A stretch of DNA of 64,000 bases from Acidobacteriota bacterium (GTDB lineage: Bacteria > Acidobacteriota > Aminicenantia > S016-38), in the NCBI GenBank assembly GCA_015486055.1, contig WFSJ01000024.1:46829-110828 (forward strand). Reading direction: 5' to 3'. Each line of letters starts with the position of its first letter. Position 1 is the stretch's first letter. Below are positions 49,714 to 58,734 of the stretch, piece by piece. A model generated the notes under the pieces. That model was not told the origin of the DNA. It worked only from the letters and a program-made list of their open reading frames with translations, and searched no databases. A program made the translations under genes and the position numbers.

Positions 49714-50604
49714 ATGAATATGATAGAAGTTAAAGAAGTTAGGAAAAGCTTTAGGGAAGGGTTTCTCTTGGAGAGGAAAGAAGTGCTCCATGGCATAAGC
49801 TTCAATGTGAAATCAGGGGCAGTTGTTGGACTTCTCGGCCCTAATGGAGCGGGGAAAACAACAACTATAAAAATAATAATGGGGATTTCTCCTCCTGATG
49901 AAGGAGAGGTTTTAGTGTTCGGTAAGAAGCTCTCAAAGGAAACCAAAAAGGCAATAGGCTTTCTTCCTGAGGCACCTTATTTTTACGATTATCTTACGGG
50001 AAGGGAAATCCTCAGAAGTTTTTCAGATTTCTATCAAAATTTGAACGAAGAAAAGATAAATGAGGTTCTCAAACTTGTTGGTTTGAAGGAAGAAGCGGAC
50101 AGGATGCTGAGGAGTTATTCCAAGGGGATGCTCCAGAGAATAGGGCTTGCTCAGGCGCTTCTTCATGACCCCGAACTTCTCATCTTTGATGAGCCAATGA
50201 GTGGGCTCGATCCTATAGGAAGGAAGGAATTCAGAGATGTAATAACCAGTCTTAAAGAAAAGGGAAAAACCATACTCTTTTCCTCTCACATCCTTCAGGA
50301 TGTTGAAATGATATGTGATGAAGTGATTATGATTTACAGGGGGAAAGTCATAAAAATAGGAGTTCTTAATGAGATGCTGAAGAACGAGGTCACCTATTAC
50401 GAGGTCACTGTTGAAGGGACTGGGGGAGCTGATAATTTCTCCCCCTTAAAGAAATCCGGGGGAAGGTTTCTCTACAGGGTGAAAGAGGGGGAATTGGATG
50501 GCCTGATAAGATCGGTTATGGAAAATGGAGGAAGAATAAGGTCCGTTATCCCAAGGTCACTTACCCTTGAAGAGATATTTATAAGAGAGGTGAAAAAAGT
50601 ATGA
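49714..50604 (+). CDS. ABC transporter ATP-binding protein (ABC-2 subtype)
   Basis: Walker A GPNGAGKTTT, signature-like YSKGMLQR, Walker B LIFDEPMSGLD. Confidence 0.88.
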   Translation: MNMIEVKEVRKSFREGFLLERKEVLHGISFNVKSGAVVGLLGPNGAGKTTTIKIIMGISPPDEGEVLVFGKKLSKETKKAIGFLPEAPYFYDYLTGREILRSFSDFYQNLNEEKINEVLKLVGLKEEADRMLRSYSKGMLQRIGLAQALLHDPELLIFDEPMSGLDPIGRKEFRDVITSLKEKGKTILFSSHILQDVEMICDEVIMIYRGKVIKIGVLNEMLKNEVTYYEVTVEGTGGADNFSPLKKSGGRFLYRVKEGELDGLIRSVMENGGRIRSVIPRSLTLEEIFIREVKKV

Positions 50605-51362
50605 AGGGAATAAAAATCATAGCTTCCGTAACCTTTAGGGAAGGAATAAGGGACAGAATTTATCTAATATTCTTCTTCTTTGCCATCATTCTTCTTCTCT
50701 TTTCCTTATTCCTGAGCATGCTTGTCATAGGGGATCCAACCAAAGTTATAGCTGACTTTGGAATGGGGGTAATGAGTCTTCTTGGGATTTTAATCGTTAT
50801 TTTCGTGGGTGGGCCGAGTTTTTCAAAGGAACTTCAGAAAAGAACAGTGATTTCAGTGCTATCCAAGCCGATTTCGAGGGAGGAATTCCTTGTGGGGAAG
50901 CTCTTTGGAATATGGTCAAATGTTTTTGTAAATCTCCTTGCCATGGCCGTTCTGCTTTTCCTCCTTATTTTAGCTAAGGGAGTAATGATCTGGGGAATTT
51001 TCGTCCAGGCTTTCCTCCTTTTCCTGGAAATGGGAATACTCACCGCTGTAGATTTAATGTTTTCATCATTCACCACCTCTTTTCTTGCTATGCTTTTCAC
51101 CCTAAGTTTTTATGTTGTGGTTCACCTTACAACGACAATAGAGAAAGCATCCCAATCCCTTTCCTCCCCCATCTCAAAAGCAGTTGTTAGGTACATTGCC
51201 TATCTTCTTCCCAACTTTGATTATTTCAATCTCAAAAACCAGGTGGTTTACGGTTTGAATGTCCCCCCTCTTTTTTATTGCAAATCCTTCGTTTATTTTC
51301 TTGCTCTCATAATATTTTTCACCATCCTTGCCGTTTGGGTCTTCAAAAAGAAGGAAATATGA
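50601..51362 (+). CDS. ABC-2-type transporter permease
   Basis: 253 aa, 6 TM. TFREGIRDRIY and SKELQKRTV..VLSKPISREEFL.GK blocks resemble NosY/ABC-2 permeases. ATGA-coupled to the ATPase gene. Confidence 0.7.
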   Translation: MKGIKIIASVTFREGIRDRIYLIFFFFAIILLLFSLFLSMLVIGDPTKVIADFGMGVMSLLGILIVIFVGGPSFSKELQKRTVISVLSKPISREEFLVGKLFGIWSNVFVNLLAMAVLLFLLILAKGVMIWGIFVQAFLLFLEMGILTAVDLMFSSFTTSFLAMLFTLSFYVVVHLTTTIEKASQSLSSPISKAVVRYIAYLLPNFDYFNLKNQVVYGLNVPPLFYCKSFVYFLALIIFFTILAVWVFKKKEI

Positions 51363-52195
51363 GGAAGGGATTTCTTGTAATTTTTCTTTTTGTCCTGTAT
51401 CTCCTTTCTCTTTACGAAAACTTAACTTATAGGAGAATGCCTCTCCCCAGAGTTTATGGAGGGTGGATAATAAGATTACCTTCGAAGAGCCTCAAATATT
51501 TTTCCCTTGGGTATGAGAATATACTTTCCGATTTGGTTTACATTTGGTCCATCCAGTATTTTTCAAGTCCAGAGATAAGCAATAAGAAAAAGAAAGTGAA
51601 TTTAGAAAAGTTCTTTAGAGCCGTTTGGTCCCTTGACCCGAAATATCTTGAGACTTACTCAACTGCAGCTCTTATAGCGAATTACGATTTTGGAAAGCCA
51701 AAACTTGCAGTTCAACTTTTGCTCGAAGGGGTTAAAAGAAATCCTCAGGCATGGGAACTCCTTTCAGAGGCGGCTTTTTATGCATTTAAATACGGGAAAG
51801 ATTACAAGCTTGCCCATGATATTTATCTTAAGGCATATAGGATAAGACCAGACCCATATTTTCTTTCCATGGCTGCTGCCATGCTTGAGAAGAAGAATCT
51901 TCTCCAGCTTTCCTGGCGATATTGGATGAAGGTCTACGAAACTGCAGAGAAGGGTTTTTTTAAGGAAGCTGCTGAAAGGCATCTTTACAGATTGAAGGCT
52001 AAGTTTGATATAGATAAACTTGAGGAAGCAGTGAAGAAATTCAAGGGAATTTATGGTGAATTTCCCTCTTCTCTTGGGGAGCTGAAGCTTAAAGGTTTTT
52101 TGGATGAAATCCCAAGGGATTTCCAAGGGGAGTCATATATTTATGACCCTAAAACAGGGGAAATAAACCCAAGGAGAAAATATCTTTGGAAATAA
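51359..52195 (+). CDS. hypothetical membrane-anchored helical (TPR-like) protein
   Basis: Start set to ATG 51359 (MRKGFLVIFLFVLYLL, ATGA overlap with the permease gene). The rest is helical-repeat-like and Lys/Tyr/Leu-rich. No family recognised. Confidence 0.5.
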   Translation: MRKGFLVIFLFVLYLLSLYENLTYRRMPLPRVYGGWIIRLPSKSLKYFSLGYENILSDLVYIWSIQYFSSPEISNKKKKVNLEKFFRAVWSLDPKYLETYSTAALIANYDFGKPKLAVQLLLEGVKRNPQAWELLSEAAFYAFKYGKDYKLAHDIYLKAYRIRPDPYFLSMAAAMLEKKNLLQLSWRYWMKVYETAEKGFFKEAAERHLYRLKAKFDIDKLEEAVKKFKGIYGEFPSSLGELKLKGFLDEIPRDFQGESYIYDPKTGEINPRRKYLWK

Positions 52196-52956
52196 CAAAG
52201 GAAATATTTGCCTTTCTCTTTGGGCTTGTGTGGGGGAGCTTCCTTAATGTTGTGATTTACAGAGTTCCTGAGGGAATATCCATAATAAAACCCCGTTCTT
52301 TCTGCCCTGTGTGTCGTCATAAAATTGCATGGTATGATAACATTCCGATTTTCAGCTATATAATTTTAGGGGGGAAATGTAGGCACTGCGGAGCAAAAAT
52401 TTCGGTTAGATATCCCATCGTAGAGATCGCAGGAGGAATAACAATATGGTTAATATGGAGAAATTTCAAGGGAGAACCTTTGGAAATGCTGAGAGGATTC
52501 ATTTTCCTTTCCCTTTTAATAGTTCTTGCTGGAATTGATTCCGAGAGGATGATACTTCCCGACATTTTTACTCTGTCTGGAATTTTTATAGGGATTGCCT
52601 TTTCTTTTTTTCTGAAACCAGGTCCTTTATTCTCTCTTATTGGAGCATTGGTGGGATATTTTTCCCTGTGGCTCGTTTATAAAATATTTCTTCTTTTCAC
52701 AGGGAAAGAGGGATTTGGTTTCGGAGACTTTAAGATGTTCGCCATGATAGGTGCATTTATGGGCCTTCGTCAGCTACTTCCCGTGATAATACTATCTTCT
52801 TTTCTTGGCGCCTTATTTGGAGTATCCCTAATAATGGTGAAGAAGAAGAGTCTTTCAAGCATGCTCCCATTCGGCCTCTTTCTGACGATTGCATCCTGGG
52901 TGATTTACATATTCAAGCTGGATCTTTTTAAGTTTTACATAGGGTTTTTGCCTTGA
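52186..52956 (+). CDS. pilD: prepilin peptidase (A24 family)
   Basis: GSFLNVVIYRVP, zinc-site CPVC......NIP..SY...G.CRHCG, GFGFGDFK and catalytic Asp blocks. TTG start. Confidence 0.88.
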   Translation: MEITKEIFAFLFGLVWGSFLNVVIYRVPEGISIIKPRSFCPVCRHKIAWYDNIPIFSYIILGGKCRHCGAKISVRYPIVEIAGGITIWLIWRNFKGEPLEMLRGFIFLSLLIVLAGIDSERMILPDIFTLSGIFIGIAFSFFLKPGPLFSLIGALVGYFSLWLVYKIFLLFTGKEGFGFGDFKMFAMIGAFMGLRQLLPVIILSSFLGALFGVSLIMVKKKSLSSMLPFGLFLTIASWVIYIFKLDLFKFYIGFLP

Positions 52957-54038
52957 GAAGATTTTCTCTTGCTTTAATTCTTATCGTAGTTCTCACTTGG
53001 ATGCTTTCAAGCTTTCTTGTTATGGTTTCAATTACCCCAAACATTGACCCTTTAAGGCTTCAGGGCATAAAAAGGCTCTGGGGCATTTTGTCCCTTCTCT
53101 CCCTTATTTTGATAACGATACTTTCTCTTCTTGCATCTTTAGAGAAAAAAGAGAAGAAGGAAAAGGCAGTAGATGAGATGATTGAGTTGGTTTCTGCAAG
53201 GGGAAGGCAGACGAGGAAAATAATAGAGGGGATAATAGAGAGCCTGGAGAGCCCTGCCTTTATAATTGAGGGCGGGAGGATAACCTTTGCCAATAGGAAG
53301 GCTTCAGAAATTGGGGAATTAAAGGGAGGTTTTCTCAGAGAGGGTATGTTAAGGGAAAAGTTCTCCATTGAGAAAGTAAAATTTGACCTTGAGGGAGAGG
53401 AAGCCTTTCTTTTTATATTGAGAGATCTTGAGAAGGAGCTCAAAAGGATAAGGGCAGAGGAGGAAACAAAAAGGCTCTCTGACTTGGGAGAAATCTCATC
53501 CTTCCTTTCCCATGAGATAAAAAATTCCCTTTCTGTTATACTTACCTGTGCCAAGTCAGGGAAAACTCATGAGATATTAGAGGAGATTGAGAACATAAAG
53601 GAACTCGTTGACAAATTCATTGAGGAAGCAAGACCCCTGAAGCCAATGTTGAAGTCCTTAGAGTTAGAGAAGGATTTTTTTTCCAAGTGGGACAGGGTGC
53701 AGGTAACAGGTAAAGGAGAGGTCATGGCAGATCCTTACATCCTTGAGCTTGTCTTTGAAAACCTTGTTAGTAACTCCATTGAAGCAGGGGCAGACCAGAT
53801 AAAAATTGTGATGAGGCAGGCTGGAGATTACCTTATTCTGGAATATAAAGATAACGGAAAGGGCATAGAGATAGGGAATGAAGAAAAAATCTTTCTCCCG
53901 TTTTTTAGCGAGAAAAGAAGGGGCACAGGCCTTGGCCTTTCCTTTGTAAAAAAGGCAATACTATCCATGGGAGGCAGCGTAAAGGCCTTACCAGAAGAAG
54001 GGGGAGCAAAATTCGTAATAAGCCTGAGAAGAGGATAA
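52953..54038 (+). CDS. sensor histidine kinase (no adjacent response regulator)
   Basis: Two N-terminal TM segments, H-box FLSHEIKNSL, N-box NLVSNSIEAG, G-boxes DNGKGI and GTGLGLS. TTG start overlapping the pilD stop. Confidence 0.85.
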   Translation: MRRFSLALILIVVLTWMLSSFLVMVSITPNIDPLRLQGIKRLWGILSLLSLILITILSLLASLEKKEKKEKAVDEMIELVSARGRQTRKIIEGIIESLESPAFIIEGGRITFANRKASEIGELKGGFLREGMLREKFSIEKVKFDLEGEEAFLFILRDLEKELKRIRAEEETKRLSDLGEISSFLSHEIKNSLSVILTCAKSGKTHEILEEIENIKELVDKFIEEARPLKPMLKSLELEKDFFSKWDRVQVTGKGEVMADPYILELVFENLVSNSIEAGADQIKIVMRQAGDYLILEYKDNGKGIEIGNEEKIFLPFFSEKRRGTGLGLSFVKKAILSMGGSVKALPEEGGAKFVISLRRG

Positions 54039-54634
54039 TCTGTCTCTGCGGAGGTATAGCCACAGGAAAGTCCGAGATTCTGAGAGTCTGGTTGAAATTA
54101 GGGGCGAAGGTCATAAGGGCAGATGAAATTGGTCACAGGATCCTCAGAGATGAAAGGGTAAAGAACGCCCTTGTAGAGAGATTCGGCGCTAAGATCCTGA
54201 AAGATGGAGAAATAGACAGGGAAGAACTTGGGGGAGTTGTTTTCGGGAATAAAGAGGCCATGGGTTTTCTGAACAGATTAACTCACCCAAGGATAAATGA
54301 AATGATAAAAAAAGATATGGAAAAGCTTGATGGAGTCATAGTAGTAGAGGCTGCGATCCTTTTTGAGATGGGCCTTGAGGGGATATGTGATTTCATAGTG
54401 GCAACCTATTGTCCTGAGGAGGAACAGATGAGGAGACTCCTTCAGAAGGGGTTATCAAGGGGAGAAGCAAAGGCAAGGCTTTCTTCTCAGATGCCCCCGG
54501 AATATTATGCGAGCCGTTCAGATGTGGTAATATTTACAGCTAAAGCTCTTGAGGAAACGGCTAAAAGGGCAGAGGAAGTATATAAAATTTTAAGCCGAGG
54601 AGGTAAGCTTGAGCTCTCAGAGAAGCAAAGTTGA
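54038..54634 (+). CDS. coaE: dephospho-CoA kinase (non-canonical start inferred)
   Basis: The ORF track starts at TTG 54092. The same frame upstream encodes I-C-L-C-G-G-I-A-T-G-K-S, the CoaE N-terminal Walker A, with no ATG/GTG/TTG back to the in-frame stop at 53906-53908. Start is proposed at ATC 54038 (TAATC overlap with the kinase stop) or ATA 54035. Confidence 0.7.
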   Translation: MCLCGGIATGKSEILRVWLKLGAKVIRADEIGHRILRDERVKNALVERFGAKILKDGEIDREELGGVVFGNKEAMGFLNRLTHPRINEMIKKDMEKLDGVIVVEAAILFEMGLEGICDFIVATYCPEEEQMRRLLQKGLSRGEAKARLSSQMPPEYYASRSDVVIFTAKALEETAKRAEEVYKILSRGGKLELSEKQS

Positions 54635-55253
54635 GGTAAAAGGATTTGAAGCAAGGCACTATGATTTTCTGATGGGACTGCTTACAGTGGGAAGTTACAG
54701 CAGGTGGATAAGAAGGGCAGTGAGAAAAGCAGGCGCTGAAGAGGGGTGGAAAATAGCCGAGCTTGGTAGTGGGACAGGCATCGCTGCCTGTGAGTTTGTA
54801 AGACTTATTGGAGAGGGGGGAAGATACATAGGCCTTGATGTAGGAGAAGAAATGATGGGAAAGGCAAGGAAAAGATGCAGGGAAAAACCCAATGTTCAGT
54901 TCATTAGGAATAGGATAGAAGAACCCTTCCATCTTCCTTTTAAAGCGGACCTTTTCTTTTTGTCCTTTGTTATTCATGGCCTTGAGGACTGCGATAAGGA
55001 AAAAGTTATCGCCAATGTAAAAAAGAATCTGAGAGATGGAGGGTTTCTTGCAGTGTTTGACTACTCACAGATGAAGCTTGCCGAATCCTCATGGTTTAGG
55101 AAACTGCTTATTGGAAAACTTGAATGCCCACTTGCCGCAGAATTCGTTGAAATGAACTTTCCCTCCTTTGTCGGAGAACAGGGATTTTCAACTCACAGGA
55201 TAGAAAAAGAATTCCATGCTCTCTTCAGCCTTTATATATTTAAGAAGAGATAA
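54609..55253 (+). CDS. class I SAM-dependent methyltransferase
   Basis: Motif I IAELGSGTG, acidic post-I GLDVGEEM. 214 aa. Confidence 0.8.
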   Translation: MSSQRSKVEVKGFEARHYDFLMGLLTVGSYSRWIRRAVRKAGAEEGWKIAELGSGTGIAACEFVRLIGEGGRYIGLDVGEEMMGKARKRCREKPNVQFIRNRIEEPFHLPFKADLFFLSFVIHGLEDCDKEKVIANVKKNLRDGGFLAVFDYSQMKLAESSWFRKLLIGKLECPLAAEFVEMNFPSFVGEQGFSTHRIEKEFHALFSLYIFKKR

Positions 55254-55286
55254 TTAAGAATTCAGGTTAAGCTCTGTTTTTGTTTA

Positions 55287-56054
55287 TCAAAAAAGCGAAA
55301 GCTGTTCCGGGAATCCTTTGTAAAGATGAGGAGAGAAAAGAAACTCATCTGTGGGCTTTTTTCCTTTCGGGATCAGGATTTTTGCAACTTCGCCTGAGAT
55401 CTTCTTTATATATCCGAGGAAAATGTCCCTTCCCTTCTTTCTAAAACTCACAAGAGAGCCATTTGATGGAGATGTTCCAAGCTTCACAGGGCAAAGCTTG
55501 GAAACTTCAATTTCCACTTCTTCTGTTTTTGAAAAATATTCCTCAAATCTTTTTCTTCTGTAATTTTCTCTTTCTTTTGGACCTCTCTCCCTTACCTTTG
55601 GATTTCTATCCATTTTTAAGACTTTTGCCCTGATTGAATTAAGAAACACATCCCAGAAAGCCTCTTTTCCTGGAAAGGCTACTATGAGATCAGGCCTCAG
55701 AATTTCTATTTTTTCCCTTTTAAGTTCAAGTCCCTTTGGAAATTCTATATATCCTGTAGTGTCAATTATGATTCTTCCTCTTCTGTTGAGCTTGGCTACT
55801 CCTGATAGGAACCTCGTCGGATGATGTCTGGGAGAGGTGAAACCGTAGAAGAAAATATTATGAATTTTTCTCCCGATGGAGTTAATTGTGGTTGGAAGAC
55901 CGAGGGTTGATTGTCCAACATCGCAGTCGAGTTCTATGAATCTGTATCCCCTTTTCTTCCATAATTTTTTTATCTTGTAAAAAAGATAGGTCTTCCCACT
56001 GTTTACAGGACCAAGAAGCATTATCCTTCTGCTTTTTAAGAAAATTTCCTCCAT
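55287..56054 (-). CDS. Clp1/Grc3-family P-loop polynucleotide 5'-hydroxyl kinase-like protein
   Basis: P-loop LLGPVNSGKT followed by DCDVGQS (the Clp1 DxDxGQ element), FFYGFTSP, IIDTTGYI and RPDLIVAF blocks, in the order seen in Clp1/Nol9/Grc3 kinase domains. Confidence 0.65.
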   Translation of the reverse strand: MEEIFLKSRRIMLLGPVNSGKTYLFYKIKKLWKKRGYRFIELDCDVGQSTLGLPTTINSIGRKIHNIFFYGFTSPRHHPTRFLSGVAKLNRRGRIIIDTTGYIEFPKGLELKREKIEILRPDLIVAFPGKEAFWDVFLNSIRAKVLKMDRNPKVRERGPKERENYRRKRFEEYFSKTEEVEIEVSKLCPVKLGTSPSNGSLVSFRKKGRDIFLGYIKKISGEVAKILIPKGKKPTDEFLFSPHLYKGFPEQLSLF

Positions 56055-56061
56055 GTATACA

Positions 56062-56067
56062 ATTCTA
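56062..56067 (-). promoter_or_regulatory. -10 box TAGAAT 7 nt upstream of the Clp1-like ATG
   Basis: Minus strand: TAGAAT (56067-56062), then tgtatac, then ATG 56054. No SD. -35 is poor. Confidence 0.3.
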
Positions 56068-56117
56068 AAATTTGAATTAGGAAAAGGGAAATCCTTATTA
56101 TAAAATAATAAAAGTTA

Positions 56118-56849
56118 ATGAGAATAGAAGGATTAAAAAAGGGACTATTTCCACTGGCAGAGAAAATAAACCCTGAGAGACTGCCTCTCCATGTGGCGAT
56201 AATAATGGACGGCAATGGGAGGTGGGCTAAGAAGAGAAAACTACCCAGGGTGAAGGGGCACGAAAAGGGGACAGAAGTCCTGAGGAAAATTATTGAGTTT
56301 TCAGCGAATATTGGGATTAAATATCTTACTGCTTTTGCCTTCAGCAAGGAAAATTGGGGAAGACCCGAGGAGGAAATAAATTTTCTTATGAATCTGCTGA
56401 GAAGATATCTTAGAAAAGAGACAAAGAATCTCAAAAGGAACAGGATAAAGCTTAGTATAGCAGGGGACAGGGAGGAACTCCCCATCGATGTTCAGGAGCT
56501 TATGAGAAAGGCCGAAGAGGAAACGAAGAAAGGGGAAAGGATGGAACTTATCCTTGCGATAAATTATGGGGGAAGGTCGGAGATTATGCGAGCGGCAAAG
56601 TTCATGAGCCAGGAAGGAGAATTCACTCAGGAGGCTTTCCGCCGTCATCTTTTCCTTCCCCATGTTCAGGACCCTGACCTTCTCATAAGGACAAGTGGCG
56701 AGCAGAGGATAAGCAACTTTCTTCTCTGGCAAATAGCCTATACTGAGTTGTATTTCACTCCTGTTCTTTGGCCCGATTTTTCAGAGGAGGAATTTCTCAA
56801 GGCTATTCTGGATTATCAAGGAAGGGAAAGGAGATTTGGAAGAATATGA
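56118..56849 (+). CDS. uppS: isoprenyl transferase (undecaprenyl-diphosphate synthase)
   Basis: HVAIIMDGNGRWA, AFS.ENW.RP..EV, RTSGE.R.SNFLLWQ.AY.E. Confidence 0.93.
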   Translation: MRIEGLKKGLFPLAEKINPERLPLHVAIIMDGNGRWAKKRKLPRVKGHEKGTEVLRKIIEFSANIGIKYLTAFAFSKENWGRPEEEINFLMNLLRRYLRKETKNLKRNRIKLSIAGDREELPIDVQELMRKAEEETKKGERMELILAINYGGRSEIMRAAKFMSQEGEFTQEAFRRHLFLPHVQDPDLLIRTSGEQRISNFLLWQIAYTELYFTPVLWPDFSEEEFLKAILDYQGRERRFGRI

Positions 56850-57625
56850 AGGAATTTTTAAGGAGGACAATTTCTGCTATTTTCCTTGTAGTTTTGATAA
56901 TTGGAGTGAGCCTTCTCCCGGATCTCCTGTTCTTTGCAGTTATTACCTTATTCTTTTCCCTTGCGGCGTGGGAGATGGCGAAACTGATAGGAGGAAGGGA
57001 AGGCTTCGTATACCTTGCCGTTATTAATTTTCTTTTACTATTTTTTTCTCTTAGGTTCGGTTTTTTTTCTTATGGAGTTCTTATGGTGATATTCATGTCA
57101 TCCTTTTACTCTCTTCTTTTTACAGGTAAGTCTGATGTCAATGGTTTTGTAAAGGATATTTCGGCCTCACTTCTTCCTCCCCTAATTCTTTCCCCAACAC
57201 TTTTCCATATTTTTCCTATTTGGGCGAAGGGAAAGTTTTTTTTCTATCTTCTTATTGTCATAATATCGATTGCTGATACTGCAGCCTACCTTTTTGGAAT
57301 GAGGTTCGGAAAGCACAGGATATATCCTGCGGCATCTCCAAATAAGAGCTGGGAGGGATTTTTTGCTGCCCTGATTTTCGGGACTCTATCCGGGCTTTTT
57401 GGCCTTTTTCTCCATATTAAACCATTTCCTTTGTTGGTAATTGGATTTATAACAACTCTTTTTGCCCAATTGTCTGACCCGTTTGAGAGCCTTTTCAAGA
57501 GAGCAGCTCACATGAAGGATTCTTCCCACCTTATCCCCGGGCACGGAGGTGTTCTTGACAGAATAGATAGCTATATCCTTGGGGCTCCTGTTTTTTATTA
57601 TTTATTGGTCTGGTTTTTGAAATGA
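56846..57625 (+). CDS. cdsA: phosphatidate cytidylyltransferase
   Basis: SDPFESLFKRAAHMKDSSHLIPGHGGVLDRIDS signature. Start at ATG 56846 (ATGA overlap with uppS), not ORF-track 56768. Confidence 0.9.
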   Translation: MKEFLRRTISAIFLVVLIIGVSLLPDLLFFAVITLFFSLAAWEMAKLIGGREGFVYLAVINFLLLFFSLRFGFFSYGVLMVIFMSSFYSLLFTGKSDVNGFVKDISASLLPPLILSPTLFHIFPIWAKGKFFFYLLIVIISIADTAAYLFGMRFGKHRIYPAASPNKSWEGFFAALIFGTLSGLFGLFLHIKPFPLLVIGFITTLFAQLSDPFESLFKRAAHMKDSSHLIPGHGGVLDRIDSYILGAPVFYYLLVWFLK

Positions 57626-58734
57626 AGATATCGGTTTTAGGAAGCACAGGCGTGATAGGCTCTCTTGTCCTTGAAATTGCAGAAAAGGAAAAAATAGAGG
57701 TTATAGGGCTTTCCGCGGGAAGGAATATAAAAAAGCTGAGGAAACAGGTAAAGAAATTTTCCCCCCAGTATATCTCGGTGAAAAGGAAAGAAGATGCTGA
57801 AAAGATAGGGAAGAATATCCTCTGGGGAAAAGAAGGGTTGAAAACACTTGCTACCCTTAAGAAGGCCGATCTCATTGTTATAGCAGTTTCAGGAACAGCG
57901 GGGATTCTACCCACCTATGAAGCAGTAAGGGCAGGTAAGAGAATAGCTCTTGCCAACAAAGAATCCCTTGTAAGTGCAGGGGCGATAATAATGGAAGAAG
58001 CTCGAAAAAATGGGGCAGAGATAATACCTATAGATAGCGAACACAACAGCCTTTTTCAACTCTTTTTTTATCCTGAAAGACCGGAAAAGGTGATAATTAC
58101 TGCTTCAGGTGGACCTTTTTTAAAGGGGAAACCCGAGAAGATAAGAATAGAGGATGTCCTTTCCCATCCTGTCTGGCATATGGGACAGAAAATTACGGTT
58201 GACTCTGCAACACTTATGAACAAAGCCTTTGAGATTGTGGAGGCAAGATGGCTCTTTTCCCTCGAGCCAGAAAGAATTTCAGTGCTTATCCATCCCCAAT
58301 CAATCGTCCATTCTATTTTCAAAATGAAGGATGGAGCTCTCATTGCTCACATGAGTTATCCTGACATGAGGATTCCAATTCAGTATGTCCTTCTTTATCC
58401 GAAAAGGGGTGAACCTCCTTCTATGACCCTTGACCTAACGCAGGTCAGAAAGCTGGAGTTTTATGCTGCTTCTCCTGAGAAATTCCCTGCACTTGGCATC
58501 GGATACAAAATGGTGAGCTCCCCATCCTCACTTTCAGCTTTAATAAATGGGGCTAACGATGAAGCAGTTGAAGCCTTCCTGAAAAAGAAGCTGGATTTTG
58601 AGGGAATAATTGATGTTATAATTAATGTTTCAAATAAACACAGGTTCTATGAACCTGCTTCCATTGAGGAAGTTTATCAATTGGTAAATGAGGGTAGGCA
58701 AAGAGCTGAAAAAATTATAGAGGGTGGAAAGTGA
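57622..58734 (+). CDS. dxr: 1-deoxy-D-xylulose-5-phosphate reductoisomerase
   Basis: LGSTGVIG, LANKESLV, PIDSEHN, ASGGPF, MG.KITVDSAT..NK. Confidence 0.95.
   Translation: MKISVLGSTGVIGSLVLEIAEKEKIEVIGLSAGRNIKKLRKQVKKFSPQYISVKRKEDAEKIGKNILWGKEGLKTLATLKKADLIVIAVSGTAGILPTYEAVRAGKRIALANKESLVSAGAIIMEEARKNGAEIIPIDSEHNSLFQLFFYPERPEKVIITASGGPFLKGKPEKIRIEDVLSHPVWHMGQKITVDSATLMNKAFEIVEARWLFSLEPERISVLIHPQSIVHSIFKMKDGALIAHMSYPDMRIPIQYVLLYPKRGEPPSMTLDLTQVRKLEFYAASPEKFPALGIGYKMVSSPSSLSALINGANDEAVEAFLKKKLDFEGIIDVIINVSNKHRFYEPASIEEVYQLVNEGRQRAEKIIEGGK

Noticed and set aside
53060-53554. 164-aa ORF antisense to the histidine kinase gene (similar cases at 34176..34607, 56036..56485 and 54561..54977)
   Set aside because: These lie opposite confidently assigned genes with Lys/Glu-rich coding. 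The antisense reading gives Ser/Phe/Leu-rich low-complexity peptides, so I treat them as non-coding.
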